A stretch of DNA of 45,473 nucleotides from Bacteroidales bacterium (lineage in GTDB: Bacteria > Bacteroidota > Bacteroidia > Bacteroidales > UBA7960): positions 22,052 through 67,524 of the forward strand of contig JAWLDT010000005.1 of NCBI GenBank assembly GCA_041686485.1, given 5' to 3'. Positions 9,189 to 18,290 of this stretch are shown here, one piece after another. The stretch's first letter is position 1. Every line of letters begins with the position of its first letter. The notes beneath the pieces are model-generated. The model was not told where the DNA came from and searched no databases. It saw nothing but the letters and a program-made list of their open reading frames with translations. The position numbers and the translations under genes are program-made.

Positions 9189-12100
9189 CTATTTAATGGT
9201 GAATTTTACGATCACGGGTTTTCCATCTTCTTCGATTCTCAGAATATACACACCGGAATGCAAATGCAACACTTCCAGTTCAAGGCTGGCGCCTTTCATT
9301 TGCTGGCGTAAAACTTCATTGCCCATCACATCCATTACCCTGACCTCAGCCACCTGGCCAGTAGCTTTGTTGATCCTGAGTACATCCGAAGCTGGATTGG
9401 GATACACCGTAATATCAATCAATTCGGATTCTTCAATCGCTGTAGTGGAAACGGTGTATTCAAAGGCAGATATATCACTGAAAAATCCATCTTTATGGGC
9501 GATGGCTTTAATGGTGACATCGTTTTCAATCACGATCGGATTGGTAAAAAGCTCGCTTTGGTCATCCGGATCTTCACCGTCAAGGGTATAGAATATGTCC
9601 GCATTTTCTGTATCCGTCATCAGGGTAACTTCAGTACCTGCAGGCACTTCGCCCGGTTCGGGATCTGCATAAGGCGCTTCTACATCAATGTCTTCAACAA
9701 TGTCCCTGACTTCGATGTGATCGATCTTTATCAGGAATTCTCCATAGGTTTCTGTGTGATGAAAGGCAATATAAATGTCTTGACCGGTATAAGGGGTAAG
9801 ATCCAAAGCTCTTTCTGACCAGGCCGTGTCTCCGGGTTGCAGGGTTTCTTCCCACAGCACCTCTGTAAACTCATCCAGGCGGTTAGTGGTGGTGGATACA
9901 TATACCTTGTAATGGTCATAGGCGTATGTTGGATCTCCATTGGCAACCTGGAAAGAAAATTCCTGTTCATCGTCCACTTCAATTTTTGGGGTCACCAGCC
10001 AGTTATCGGGTTCCAGTTCGCCCATGCCTGGTACGAAGGAAAATGATAATGCAACGTGGTTGCCGCTATAAGGTGTGTGTACATGGCCATAACCAAGCAT
10101 CCAGGTCACATAGTCCTGGTTCATATCGTGGGTCATCCATCCGTGAGGAGGAAATGCCTCTGTCTGGAAGTTTTCAAAAACAAAAGGCTCTACCGGCATG
10201 GAGTTTCCTTCCAGTTCAATTTCAATATCGCCCCCGTTGGTTTCAATCAGGAAGGTTTGCGGATATTCCCCATCTTCGAAAGGTTCAAATGAAACATAGA
10301 AGACATATTCTTCTCCAAAAGCCAGTTCCACCTCATCTTCTTCAAAAGTGGATGTAAAATAATTGCCGCTAAAGCTTGCCTCATCAACGGTCAGCACCCC
10401 GGCACCCATATTCCTGAGCCTGAATTCTTCAGAAGTAGTCCAGGTATTGTTTGGGATGCTCTCTGCATTCCAGCTTTCCTCGTTGATCCAGGCAACAGGT
10501 TCCGTTATGGTACCTGCCACACTAATGTCGTCAATGCGCATCGGGAGGGCGTTATTGGCATCCCCGTCTGTGGAATGCCTGAAGCGAATGTAAATTTCCT
10601 CACCGGAGTAGTCTGCAAGGTCTGCATTGGCAGGCGAGAAATTATACATAGGCTCAGGCGCACTGAAAATGCCTTTTACATCCCAGCTTTGGCCGTAATC
10701 CTGGCTAACTTCAACATAAAGGGTATCGTGTCCGATCGCCCTTTTATCTTTATCATCCTTACCATATATCCAGCCGTTTCTCCAATAGAAAATAAGTTCA
10801 TATTCTGCTGCATCCGGGATTTGCAAAGGCGGGGTGATAAGGATGGCATCAACAGGGTGGTTAAAACTTGCCATAGCTGCAAATTCGCCGCTGTTAGCAT
10901 CTGTGGTGGTCGTCCAGTAACCGTTCTGGGTGATCCAGTCAGCCGGAGGCACAGCCCCTTCGTTATTTTCAAAACCTTCTTCAAAAGGAAATGCAGTGAC
11001 CGGGTTATGAATGATGGTTTGGAAGGACCATACCGGGCAATCTACGGCATCCCCCATGTCGTTATATGGCACCACCTGCCAGTAATACTCTGTATCGTAG
11101 TCCAGTTGAGGCGTTTTTAAATAACGGTTTGTACCCACGTCTTGCCCATCGATGATATTGGTTGGGGGGTTATCTGTGCCCAGGTAAACCTTATAGCCTT
11201 GCGCCAGGGCCGAAGCATTCCATTGCAAGAGCTGGGTAATAAAAGCATCTTCCAGCCCATCTGCCGGGCGGGGATGGGAGGCAGGGTTTGGTGCTACTTC
11301 ATGATAAATATCAGGTGCGATAATGTAATCCAGGTAAACTCTCGGTTCTCCATAAAAGGCAATGTACCCAAGGCCTTCGTACCCGTCAGTATCGATGATA
11401 TAACGCTGATATGAGCCGGTAAGATCAATGGTCTCCAGGTCGGTCCAGTTTTCATTATCGTAGGAATGCCTCACGGTGAGTTCTCCTGTGGTTTGTTTGG
11501 AAGCATAAAAAACAACCTCATCCCCTTCCTGAATGTTGACTTTTGGGGTGATGAGCATGCCGGGGCTGGCTGTGGCTCCTAACATGGCATTGCCTCCGCC
11601 CATAAAACCACCAAACCCTCTGCGGTTCCAGGAACCCGGGTCAACGGTCCATTGTTCTGGCGGAAACTCCGTATTATCAAAGGTCTCAATAATGGCATAT
11701 TCACTAACAGCAAAACCCTCCACGTAAATATATACGGGATCATTCACGCTGTTGGTTTCCAGGGAAACATACCCATTATACATGCCCGGCTGCGTGGGTT
11801 CAAACCGGATGTCAACCAGTTCGGTTTCCCCGGCTTCAATGGTTCCGGAATAGTTGGTATGGAAAGGTAGCCCGTTATTATCCAGCCCGTTGATCACCAG
11901 GTCGTCGGTTCCTGTATTTTTAAGGGTTACATTGATGGTTTTTACATTGTTTTCGTGAATGTAAAAATAATACAGTTGTGGGGGTTGAATGCTCAGGGCC
12001 GGGCCATCCGGTATGTCCTCAAACCACATCCGGATATTGGGGCGGTAATTTTTTATCTGGTATTCCTGGGGTGGATTGGCAGGATCATAGGCCGGGCTCA

Positions 12101-12614
12101 TATCTTTGACCGCCAATAAACTCATGTTAGAATCGACAGCAGTGGAATGGAATTCCGCATTGAGCCGAAAGCCGGGTTGATCCTCTGTCATGGCAATCAA
12201 CAGGTTGTCTTCATTATTGTATTCAAACGGAACCTGCAAGGATATCTCAGCCCATCCTTCCTGGTTGACGACATTGCAGGTGCCCTCATAAACCAGGGTA
12301 AGGTCTTCGGTAATATAGCCGGTCAGGGTTTCCTGGTCGGTGTGAGCCATGTAAATGCGTACCTGGTCATCCCAGTGCCGTCCTCCATTGTAGTAAAAAC
12401 CAAGCTTATATATGCGCTCTCCATCTACATCAATTTCCTCTTGCAGGAAAATGGTCTGGGAATAGCTGTATGAATGATAAGGATCAATGGGGAGACCCTC
12501 TTCATGGATACCATCTCCTATTTCCAGTGCAGGCCCCTGGCCGGAAACGTGTTGAAACGGTATAAACAGCATCATAAGGATACCAATGATGCCTGTCAGG
12601 TAAAAGTTTTTCAT
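9189..12614 (-). CDS. T9SS type A sorting-domain surface protein (Ig-like, cleaved-adhesin-like and FN3-associated modules)
   Basis: Sec signal; C-terminus VYPNPA...SGVYILRI...KFTIK; DNWLVTP cleaved-adhesin motif; IFYTLDGEDP FN3-associated module; two Ig-like modules (LKNTG, LRNMG). Confidence 0.85.
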   Translation of the reverse strand: MKNFYLTGIIGILMMLFIPFQHVSGQGPALEIGDGIHEEGLPIDPYHSYSYSQTIFLQEEIDVDGERIYKLGFYYNGGRHWDDQVRIYMAHTDQETLTGYITEDLTLVYEGTCNVVNQEGWAEISLQVPFEYNNEDNLLIAMTEDQPGFRLNAEFHSTAVDSNMSLLAVKDMSPAYDPANPPQEYQIKNYRPNIRMWFEDIPDGPALSIQPPQLYYFYIHENNVKTINVTLKNTGTDDLVINGLDNNGLPFHTNYSGTIEAGETELVDIRFEPTQPGMYNGYVSLETNSVNDPVYIYVEGFAVSEYAIIETFDNTEFPPEQWTVDPGSWNRRGFGGFMGGGNAMLGATASPGMLITPKVNIQEGDEVVFYASKQTTGELTVRHSYDNENWTDLETIDLTGSYQRYIIDTDGYEGLGYIAFYGEPRVYLDYIIAPDIYHEVAPNPASHPRPADGLEDAFITQLLQWNASALAQGYKVYLGTDNPPTNIIDGQDVGTNRYLKTPQLDYDTEYYWQVVPYNDMGDAVDCPVWSFQTIIHNPVTAFPFEEGFENNEGAVPPADWITQNGYWTTTTDANSGEFAAMASFNHPVDAILITPPLQIPDAAEYELIFYWRNGWIYGKDDKDKRAIGHDTLYVEVSQDYGQSWDVKGIFSAPEPMYNFSPANADLADYSGEEIYIRFRHSTDGDANNALPMRIDDISVAGTITEPVAWINEESWNAESIPNNTWTTSEEFRLRNMGAGVLTVDEASFSGNYFTSTFEEDEVELAFGEEYVFYVSFEPFEDGEYPQTFLIETNGGDIEIELEGNSMPVEPFVFENFQTEAFPPHGWMTHDMNQDYVTWMLGYGHVHTPYSGNHVALSFSFVPGMGELEPDNWLVTPKIEVDDEQEFSFQVANGDPTYAYDHYKVYVSTTTNRLDEFTEVLWEETLQPGDTAWSERALDLTPYTGQDIYIAFHHTETYGEFLIKIDHIEVRDIVEDIDVEAPYADPEPGEVPAGTEVTLMTDTENADIFYTLDGEDPDDQSELFTNPIVIENDVTIKAIAHKDGFFSDISAFEYTVSTTAIEESELIDITVYPNPASDVLRINKATGQVAEVRVMDVMGNEVLRQQMKGASLELEVLHLHSGVYILRIEEDGKPVIVKFTIK

Positions 12615-13035
12615 GCAAATTCAATTTGGTTGTTAGTAATGAAGCTCCCGCTTTTTAATTATTTGATCAAATCTACTAAAAAGAAATCAAAAACAGTATA
12701 ATTGTGAGATGGAAGTGAAAAGCAGGGATATGGCGTTAACTTGCCATAGTATGCTATTTGATTGTCAGCCTGATTTACGTTCAACGGGCGCATAATTATT
12801 GCTTAACCGGGAGTAAAACTGCCCGTTTATTGCAGTAATGCGCTAACAAGGCACTTTCATTTTGGTGCGATATACGCAGGCACGATGCTATTAAAGTTTT
12901 TATTTTATTGGATTAAAGGGGCAATATAGCCCTGAACAGGCAATAAATTATTTATTTAGGGTTTAGGGATGCGTGATCACCTGCATGATTAAAAACAGCG
13001 ATAATCCGGAGGGTTGCTAAAAAAATCCATTCAGT

Positions 13036-13067
13036 TTTGCGGGGTTTCAAAATTTGTTATACATTTG
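13036..13067 (+). promoter_or_regulatory. Consensus Bacteroidota promoter for tRNA-Glu/rpsT
   Basis: TTTG (13036-13039), 20-nt spacer, TACATTTG (13060-13067). Confidence 0.75.
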
Positions 13068-13106
13068 CAAACCTTTTCCGGTTTACCTATGACCGGAAAA
13101 TGTCAT

Positions 13107-13178
13107 GGCCCGTTCGTCTAGTGGTTAGGACGCCAGGTTTTCATCCTGGTAACAGGGGTTCGATTCCCCTACGGGCTA
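13107..13178 (+). tRNA. tRNA-Glu (TTC), copy 1
   Basis: Cloverleaf: acceptor GGCCCGT/ACGGGCT, anticodon arm CCAGG-TT-TTC-AT-CCTGG, T-loop GGTTCGATTCC; CCA not encoded. Confidence 0.97.
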
Positions 13179-13216
13179 CAAAACACGTATGGTTTATATC
13201 TAATTATTATTATCAC

Positions 13217-13471
13217 ATGGCACATCATAAGTCTGCAAAAAAGAGAGTACGCTCCGATAATGCCAAAAGGCTAAGGAATCGCTATTATGCCAAATCTACC
13301 CGAACAGCTGTGAAAAAGCTCCGGCAAATGGATGACAAGACGCAAGCCCAGGAGAACTTGCCCGCCGTTTTTTCCCGCCTGGATCGTTTGGCCAAAAAGT
13401 CAGTTATTCATAAAAACAAAGCGTCCAACCTGAAGTCGAAACTGGCTAAGTATGTAAACAGCCTGCAATAA
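13217..13471 (+). CDS. rpsT: 30S ribosomal protein S20
   Basis: MAHHKSAKKRVR...IHKNKASNLKSKL; true start is ATG 13217 because the longer ORF call runs through the tRNA. Confidence 0.97.
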   Translation: MAHHKSAKKRVRSDNAKRLRNRYYAKSTRTAVKKLRQMDDKTQAQENLPAVFSRLDRLAKKSVIHKNKASNLKSKLAKYVNSLQ

Positions 13472-13527
13472 CAGAGAATTTTCACAGGTCCCATTTTAAA
13501 AAAATGGTGGCCATTACAAAGAAATAT

Positions 13528-13535
13528 TATTTTTG
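13528..13535 (+). promoter_or_regulatory. -7 element for second tRNA-Glu
   Basis: TATTTTTG 12 nt upstream of the tRNA 5' end. Confidence 0.6.
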
Positions 13536-13547
13536 CAGCTTTCATCA

Positions 13548-13619
13548 GGCCCGTTCGTCTAGTGGTTAGGACGCCAGGTTTTCATCCTGGTAACAGGGGT
13601 TCGATTCCCCTACGGGCTA
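13548..13619 (+). tRNA. tRNA-Glu (TTC), copy 2
   Basis: Identical over 72 nt to 13107-13178. Confidence 0.97.
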
Positions 13620-13624
13620 CTAAT

Positions 13625-13653
13625 AAGACCTTTCGCCAGAAAGGTCTTTTTTT
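13625..13653 (+). terminator. Rho-independent terminator after tRNA-Glu
   Basis: AAGACCTTTC-gcca-GAAAGGTCTT followed by T-run. Confidence 0.88.
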
Positions 13654-13781
13654 GTACCCAAATAGTTCATAATTTAGCATAAAACACAAATTAACTGTGC
13701 AACTTGTGTCTTGAACAGGGAGGTGAAAATGTTATGTTCCTGTTTTTTTAGCCTTGTTATCTCAATGAATTGGTTGTATAT

Positions 13782-14501
13782 ATGGATCCCGGTCAGACAA
13801 AAGCCTATCCGATACCATTGCCAGGAAGCATAAAGTGCTGGGCTGAGGATGACCGTCCACGCGAAAAGTTGCTGGCCAAAGGTAGTAAGGCTTTGTCCAA
13901 TGCCGAATTGCTTGCCATTATTATTGGCTCCGGAACCAATGAGTATTCTGCGGTGGAGTTGTCGCGCAACATCTTAAACAGGGTATCCAACAATCTTGAT
14001 GAACTGGCCCGGTTAACCCTGGCCGATCTGATGCGGTTTAAAGGTATCGGTGAGGCAAAAGCATGCAACATGACAGCCGTCATGGAACTTGGTCGGCGAC
14101 GACGTCTGGCTGAAGGTCTTCGCAGAAACACCATAAGAACAAGCAGGGATGCCTTTGAAATCATGGAACCTGTCGTGGGCGATTTGACCTATGAAGCGTT
14201 CTGGATTATTCTACTGAACCGCACTCAAGGTGTCCAGCGAACCGTCAGTATCAGCGAAGGAAGTGTTGCCGGTACAGTCGCTGATCCCAAGAAAATATTC
14301 AAAATGGCGCTCGAAAACAATGCTTCATCCATTATCCTTTGTCATAATCATCCAAGTGGCCAGGTTAACCCCAGCCCGGATGATCAGCGTATTACAAGGC
14401 TCTGCAAGAACGCAGGCGCATTCCTGGAGCTCCCCGTCATCGACCATCTGATTATAGGAGGAGGTCAATTCTTTAGCTTCGCCGATGAAGGCCTGCTATG
14501 A
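13782..14501 (+). CDS. radC: RadC family protein (JAB/MPN domain)
   Basis: DRPREKL, LSNAELLAI, HhH KGIGEAKA, HNHPSG...SPDD, DHLII. Confidence 0.93.
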   Translation: MDPGQTKAYPIPLPGSIKCWAEDDRPREKLLAKGSKALSNAELLAIIIGSGTNEYSAVELSRNILNRVSNNLDELARLTLADLMRFKGIGEAKACNMTAVMELGRRRRLAEGLRRNTIRTSRDAFEIMEPVVGDLTYEAFWIILLNRTQGVQRTVSISEGSVAGTVADPKKIFKMALENNASSIILCHNHPSGQVNPSPDDQRITRLCKNAGAFLELPVIDHLIIGGGQFFSFADEGLL

Positions 14502-14834
14502 TCCTCTCTTCGCTACCCCGCATCCTCGCTTAGGTTCCTTAAGTCGCTTTAATCTTTCATGTGTTTTTTGCGTGGATGAAGCCGGCAAAAAACAAAGGTA
14601 AGTTGGCTGGGCTATACAGGAGCATGCTATTTTACCGAGACACCCAAAAACCAGAATTTTTTTAAAAAAATGGCCTGCGACTGTGGTGACAGGGTTAAGC
14701 CCTCTGACAGGTCAAGCCCTGTCATTACGGTAGCTCTTCAGGGGGGAGTGATTGAGGCCGGCCAAGCCCGGCCTGGACAGGTATCAGCTCCCAGCTCCCG
14801 TTCACCGTTCACTTCTTCCTTCCAGCTTCAACCT

Positions 14835-14886
14835 CTGAGACTTCTCCACATTTAGACCTTTCCACATTTCGACTTTCCGACCTTTC
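14835..14886 (+). repeat. 15-bp core plus degenerate 8-mer tandem array; inverted copy at 18018-18062
   Basis: CTGAGACTTCTCCAC then CATTTAGA/CCTTTCCA/CATTTCGA/CTTTCCGA units. Confidence 0.7.
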
Positions 14887-14889
14887 TTC

Positions 14890-14945
14890 CTTCGAGCTTC
14901 CAGCTTCGAGCTTCCAGCTTCGAGTTTCCAGCTTCGAGCTTCCAG
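14890..14945 (+). repeat. Heptamer tandem array (CTTCGAG/CTTCCAG alternating, 8 units)
   Basis: Read directly; one unit is TTTCCAG. Confidence 0.92.
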
Positions 14946-15026
14946 CTATTGTATCCAACATCTTTTTTCAGGTACAATAAAAAACCCATTAACTTTACAC
15001 CTTGATTCTAATAAGCTTTTAGTTAG

Positions 15027-16373
15027 ATGATTCTTGTGTATAGTCCAAAATTTTCCAAGAGGATAACCTATACCATGGACTTGCTCCTGGGTAGGCTCCT
15101 TGGGGCTGAATGGCAACTGACCAGCAACCTGAAGCAGTTTGGCAATTACGAAGGACCCAGGATTAACTATAGCACCAGGCGCCGGGGTGATGATATGGTG
15201 CATATTCCTGCGCATGGGTTCCTGATGGAACGTGGCATTCAGGAGTTTGTTCCCGAACTGCGCTGGCAGGACTCCCTTCCTTTGCTTTTCCCCGCCAACG
15301 ATAAGGAAGCCGACCTTCCGTTCGATGTGTTTGCTGCCGCTTTTTACCTGGTTAGTCGTTACGAAGAATACCTGCCTCACCGAAAAGATGTTTTCGGTCG
15401 TTTTGAAGCATCTGAATCTTACGCGTTTCAAAACGGCTTTTTGCATAAACCAGTGGTCAATTATTACGTTGCTATGATCAGGGAAAAGTTGCAGGAGAAA
15501 TTCCCCGAATACAGCTTAAAAACCCCTGTTTTCACTTTTATCCCGACTTATGACATCGATGTTGCCTATGCCTATAAGGGCAGGGCAGGGGTACGCTCTT
15601 TCCTCGGCGCTGTTCGTTCGCTGGCTCAATTCGACTTCACGGCTCTGAAGCAACGTATCCGGGTCCTTTCAGGCATTGAACAAGATCCTTTTGACTCCTA
15701 TGACAAGCAAATACGTTTATATAAAGAGAGTGGCATCAAAGCATTCTGTTTTTTTCTGGTGGGGGATTACGGACCTTATGACCGGAACCTGAGCGTTTAT
15801 TCGTCAGCGCTCTTTTCGCTGATAAAAAAGCTTGGCGACTATGCCCACATCGGGATACATCCGAGTTATGCATCCAATAAAGATGATGCATTGCTTGAAA
15901 AAGAGATAAGGCGGTTATCAGAAATTACCCATCAGGAAATCCTGTTCAGCCGGCAGCATTACCTGAGGCTGAATATCCCGCAAACTTTTCATAACCTTCT
16001 GAAGCATAATATCACTTATGACTTTACAATGGGTTATGCCAGCCAACCAGGCTTCAGAGCAAGCATTTGCTCGCCTTACCCCTTTTATGACCTTGTCCAT
16101 GAACATGGCACCCCTCTGACCATCATTCCTTTTACCATAATGGATGGTACCTTGCGCGACTACCTGCAGTTAACGCCGGAAGAATCGGAGTTAGTCATTA
16201 AGCAGCTTATCGAAGAAGTGGCCGCTGTTGGCGGAACATTTGTCAGTCTGTGGCATAATGACGCACTCTGTGACTTCGGTCCATGGGAAGGCTGGCAGCA
16301 TGTATATGATGCTATGTACAAACTCGCTTCAGAAAAACACGAAAAAAATTATGATCCAATACATCAAACATGA
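15027..16373 (+). CDS. Polysaccharide deacetylase-like protein (CE4/NodB-type fold)
   Basis: TYDID, GIHPSY, RQHYLR, IMDGTL, SLWHN motifs. Confidence 0.8.
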   Translation: MILVYSPKFSKRITYTMDLLLGRLLGAEWQLTSNLKQFGNYEGPRINYSTRRRGDDMVHIPAHGFLMERGIQEFVPELRWQDSLPLLFPANDKEADLPFDVFAAAFYLVSRYEEYLPHRKDVFGRFEASESYAFQNGFLHKPVVNYYVAMIREKLQEKFPEYSLKTPVFTFIPTYDIDVAYAYKGRAGVRSFLGAVRSLAQFDFTALKQRIRVLSGIEQDPFDSYDKQIRLYKESGIKAFCFFLVGDYGPYDRNLSVYSSALFSLIKKLGDYAHIGIHPSYASNKDDALLEKEIRRLSEITHQEILFSRQHYLRLNIPQTFHNLLKHNITYDFTMGYASQPGFRASICSPYPFYDLVHEHGTPLTIIPFTIMDGTLRDYLQLTPEESELVIKQLIEEVAAVGGTFVSLWHNDALCDFGPWEGWQHVYDAMYKLASEKHEKNYDPIHQT

Positions 16374-17298
16374 TTCGATAGACATTGAAAAATGGGATGC
16401 CTGTATCGATAAGGCTATGAACGGGCTTTTTTATGCCTATGGCTGGTATCTGGATATGACTGCTGAGACCTGGGATGCCCTTGTGGAAGATGATTATAAA
16501 GCGGTGATGCCGCTGCCCTATCGACGGAAAGCTGGTATCAGCTACCTCTTTCAACCTTTTTTTATTCAGCAGCTCGGGGTGTTTAGCACAACTAGTCTGA
16601 CACCTGAAGTTACCAGCCGATTTCTGAATGCCATACCGGATCATTTTCGCTTTGGTGAGATGAACCTGAACACCTATAACCAATTGTCTGCAGAAAATCC
16701 GGTTGTTTCCGGGAAAGGGGTAACGCATGAGCTGGATCTGATTGCCCCTTATGAACAATTGCGGCGTTCTTATTCAGAAAACACCCGAAGAAATATCAAA
16801 AAAGCAACCAGGAAGGGCGTATTCATTACTTCATATGGCCGTCCGGAGGAGATGATCAGTGCCTTCCGCCGCAACAGGGGGCGCCGGGGTGTGCCATTCT
16901 CGGAGAAAGACTATCATGTGTTAAAACATTTGATTTATGCCGGTATTCATAGAGGTTTGGTTTCTATAAAGTTTGCTTATTCTGAAACAAATAATTTTTG
17001 TGCAGGCATCGTTTTTTATAAAAGCCATCAAAAGGCGGTATGGTTGTTTTCAGGCGCTACTCCTGAAGCACGTGAAAATGGCGCTATGAGTATGCTGGTG
17101 GATGAATTTATCAGGGATAATGCCGGTCAGCCAATCGTCCTTGATTTTGAAGGATCAAAAGACCCAAATCTGGCACGTTTTTATCGCGGGTTTGGTTCTG
17201 AAGAATGTGTATTTTTACAGATAAAAATAAACCGCTTACCTTTGTTATTAAAACCACTGGTCAATGGTTATCTGGCCATACGAAAACATGTACAATAA
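16351..17298 (+). CDS. GNAT family N-acetyltransferase (FemAB-like double GNAT)
   Basis: YSENTRRNIKKA, LDFEGS...LARFYRGFG; overlaps the deacetylase stop. Confidence 0.75.
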   Translation: MIQYIKHDSIDIEKWDACIDKAMNGLFYAYGWYLDMTAETWDALVEDDYKAVMPLPYRRKAGISYLFQPFFIQQLGVFSTTSLTPEVTSRFLNAIPDHFRFGEMNLNTYNQLSAENPVVSGKGVTHELDLIAPYEQLRRSYSENTRRNIKKATRKGVFITSYGRPEEMISAFRRNRGRRGVPFSEKDYHVLKHLIYAGIHRGLVSIKFAYSETNNFCAGIVFYKSHQKAVWLFSGATPEARENGAMSMLVDEFIRDNAGQPIVLDFEGSKDPNLARFYRGFGSEECVFLQIKINRLPLLLKPLVNGYLAIRKHVQ

Positions 17299-17311
17299 AA
17301 AACCAGCATCA

Positions 17312-17962
17312 ATGATTCATATCCTGGAAAACGCTTCTTCTTTGCTAAATCAGTATATTGCGGAATTGCGCGATTCGGAAATTCAACGCGACCCATTGCG
17401 GTTTCGCCATAATATGGAGCGGATAGGTGCCATTTTTGCCTATGAGATCAGTAAGCAGCTAACCTGGAAGAAGAAGGAAGTAATTACCACGCTGGGTGTG
17501 GCGTCCTGTGAAGTACTGGAAGAACAGCCTGTGATTGCAACCATATTGCGTGCAGGTCTCCCCATGCATCAGGGTTTACTTCATGCGTTCGACAGGGCTG
17601 AAAATGCATTTATCTCTGCTTACAGAAAACACAGAAAAGATGGACGTTTTGACATACAAGTAGAGTATGTGTCAGGCCCGCCTTTGACAGACAGGGTGCT
17701 TATCATTGGTGACCCGATGCTGGCTACCGGAGCCTCCATGGTGCTGGGCCTTAAAGAGCTTATCCGTAAAGGTCGTCCGGCGCATACCCACATCGTATCT
17801 ATTCTCGCAAGCAACCAGGGCCTTGAATATCTTAAGCGAAACATGCCCGTTGAAGATTATACCCTCTGGCTCGGAGCAGTCGACGATGAGCTAACAGCTA
17901 AAGCTTATATTGTTCCGGGCCTGGGTGACGCCGGTGATCTGGCCTTTGGCAGCAAACTCTGA
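17312..17962 (+). CDS. upp: Uracil phosphoribosyltransferase
   Basis: ILRAG, DPMLATGAS, YIVPGLGDAGD. Confidence 0.96.
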   Translation: MIHILENASSLLNQYIAELRDSEIQRDPLRFRHNMERIGAIFAYEISKQLTWKKKEVITTLGVASCEVLEEQPVIATILRAGLPMHQGLLHAFDRAENAFISAYRKHRKDGRFDIQVEYVSGPPLTDRVLIIGDPMLATGASMVLGLKELIRKGRPAHTHIVSILASNQGLEYLKRNMPVEDYTLWLGAVDDELTAKAYIVPGLGDAGDLAFGSKL

Positions 17963-18017
17963 TAGCAAATAGGTTGATGGTAGTACCGTGACTATGATAT
18001 CTGGGGGGGCAGGAATT

Positions 18018-18099
18018 AGAAATGTCAAAATGTCGAAATGTCGAAAGGTGGAGAAGTCTCAGGGGGTGTAGGTTCACTGTTCACTGTTCACTGCTCACC
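18018..18099. repeat. 8-mer array plus 15-bp core (inverted relative to 14835-14886), then GTTCACT heptamer array
   Basis: AGAAATGT/CAAAATGT/CGAAATGT/CGAAAGGT leading into GTGGAGAAGTCTCAG (18048-18062); GTTCACT x3 plus GCTCACC at 18072-18099. Confidence 0.75.
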
Positions 18100-18290
18100 G
18101 AACAAATGACAGCGAAGTAACAACAGTGTCTTAAAAATTTGTTAGATGAAGGGGGTTGGAAGGAAGAAGCGAACAAAGAAATGTGTAAACAAAAATCCGG
18201 GCGGGTCAGTGTGATCAGCTACACTTGTGGTTGCGGTGACACTACTTGAGTTATGCAGCAGCAATAAGAAGACAAAGCAAAATCATAGCA

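Noticed and set aside
13037-13216. N-terminal extension of rpsT in the 144-aa ORF call
   Set aside because: It reads through the promoter and tRNA-Glu; S20 begins at 13217
13107-14501. tRNA direct repeat plus radC as attL/attR of an integrated element
   Set aside because: Both tRNAs are complete, the enclosed gene is the core gene rpsT, radC is the long housekeeping form, and no integrase is present
14670-14855. 61-aa ORF and similar short intergenic ORFs (44839-45039, 32608-32808)
   Set aside because: They translate repeat, hairpin or promoter sequence and have low-complexity composition
14890-14945. Tandem arrays here and at 32549-32593 as CRISPR
   Set aside because: Units are 7-9 nt and contiguous with no spacers; no cas genes in the window
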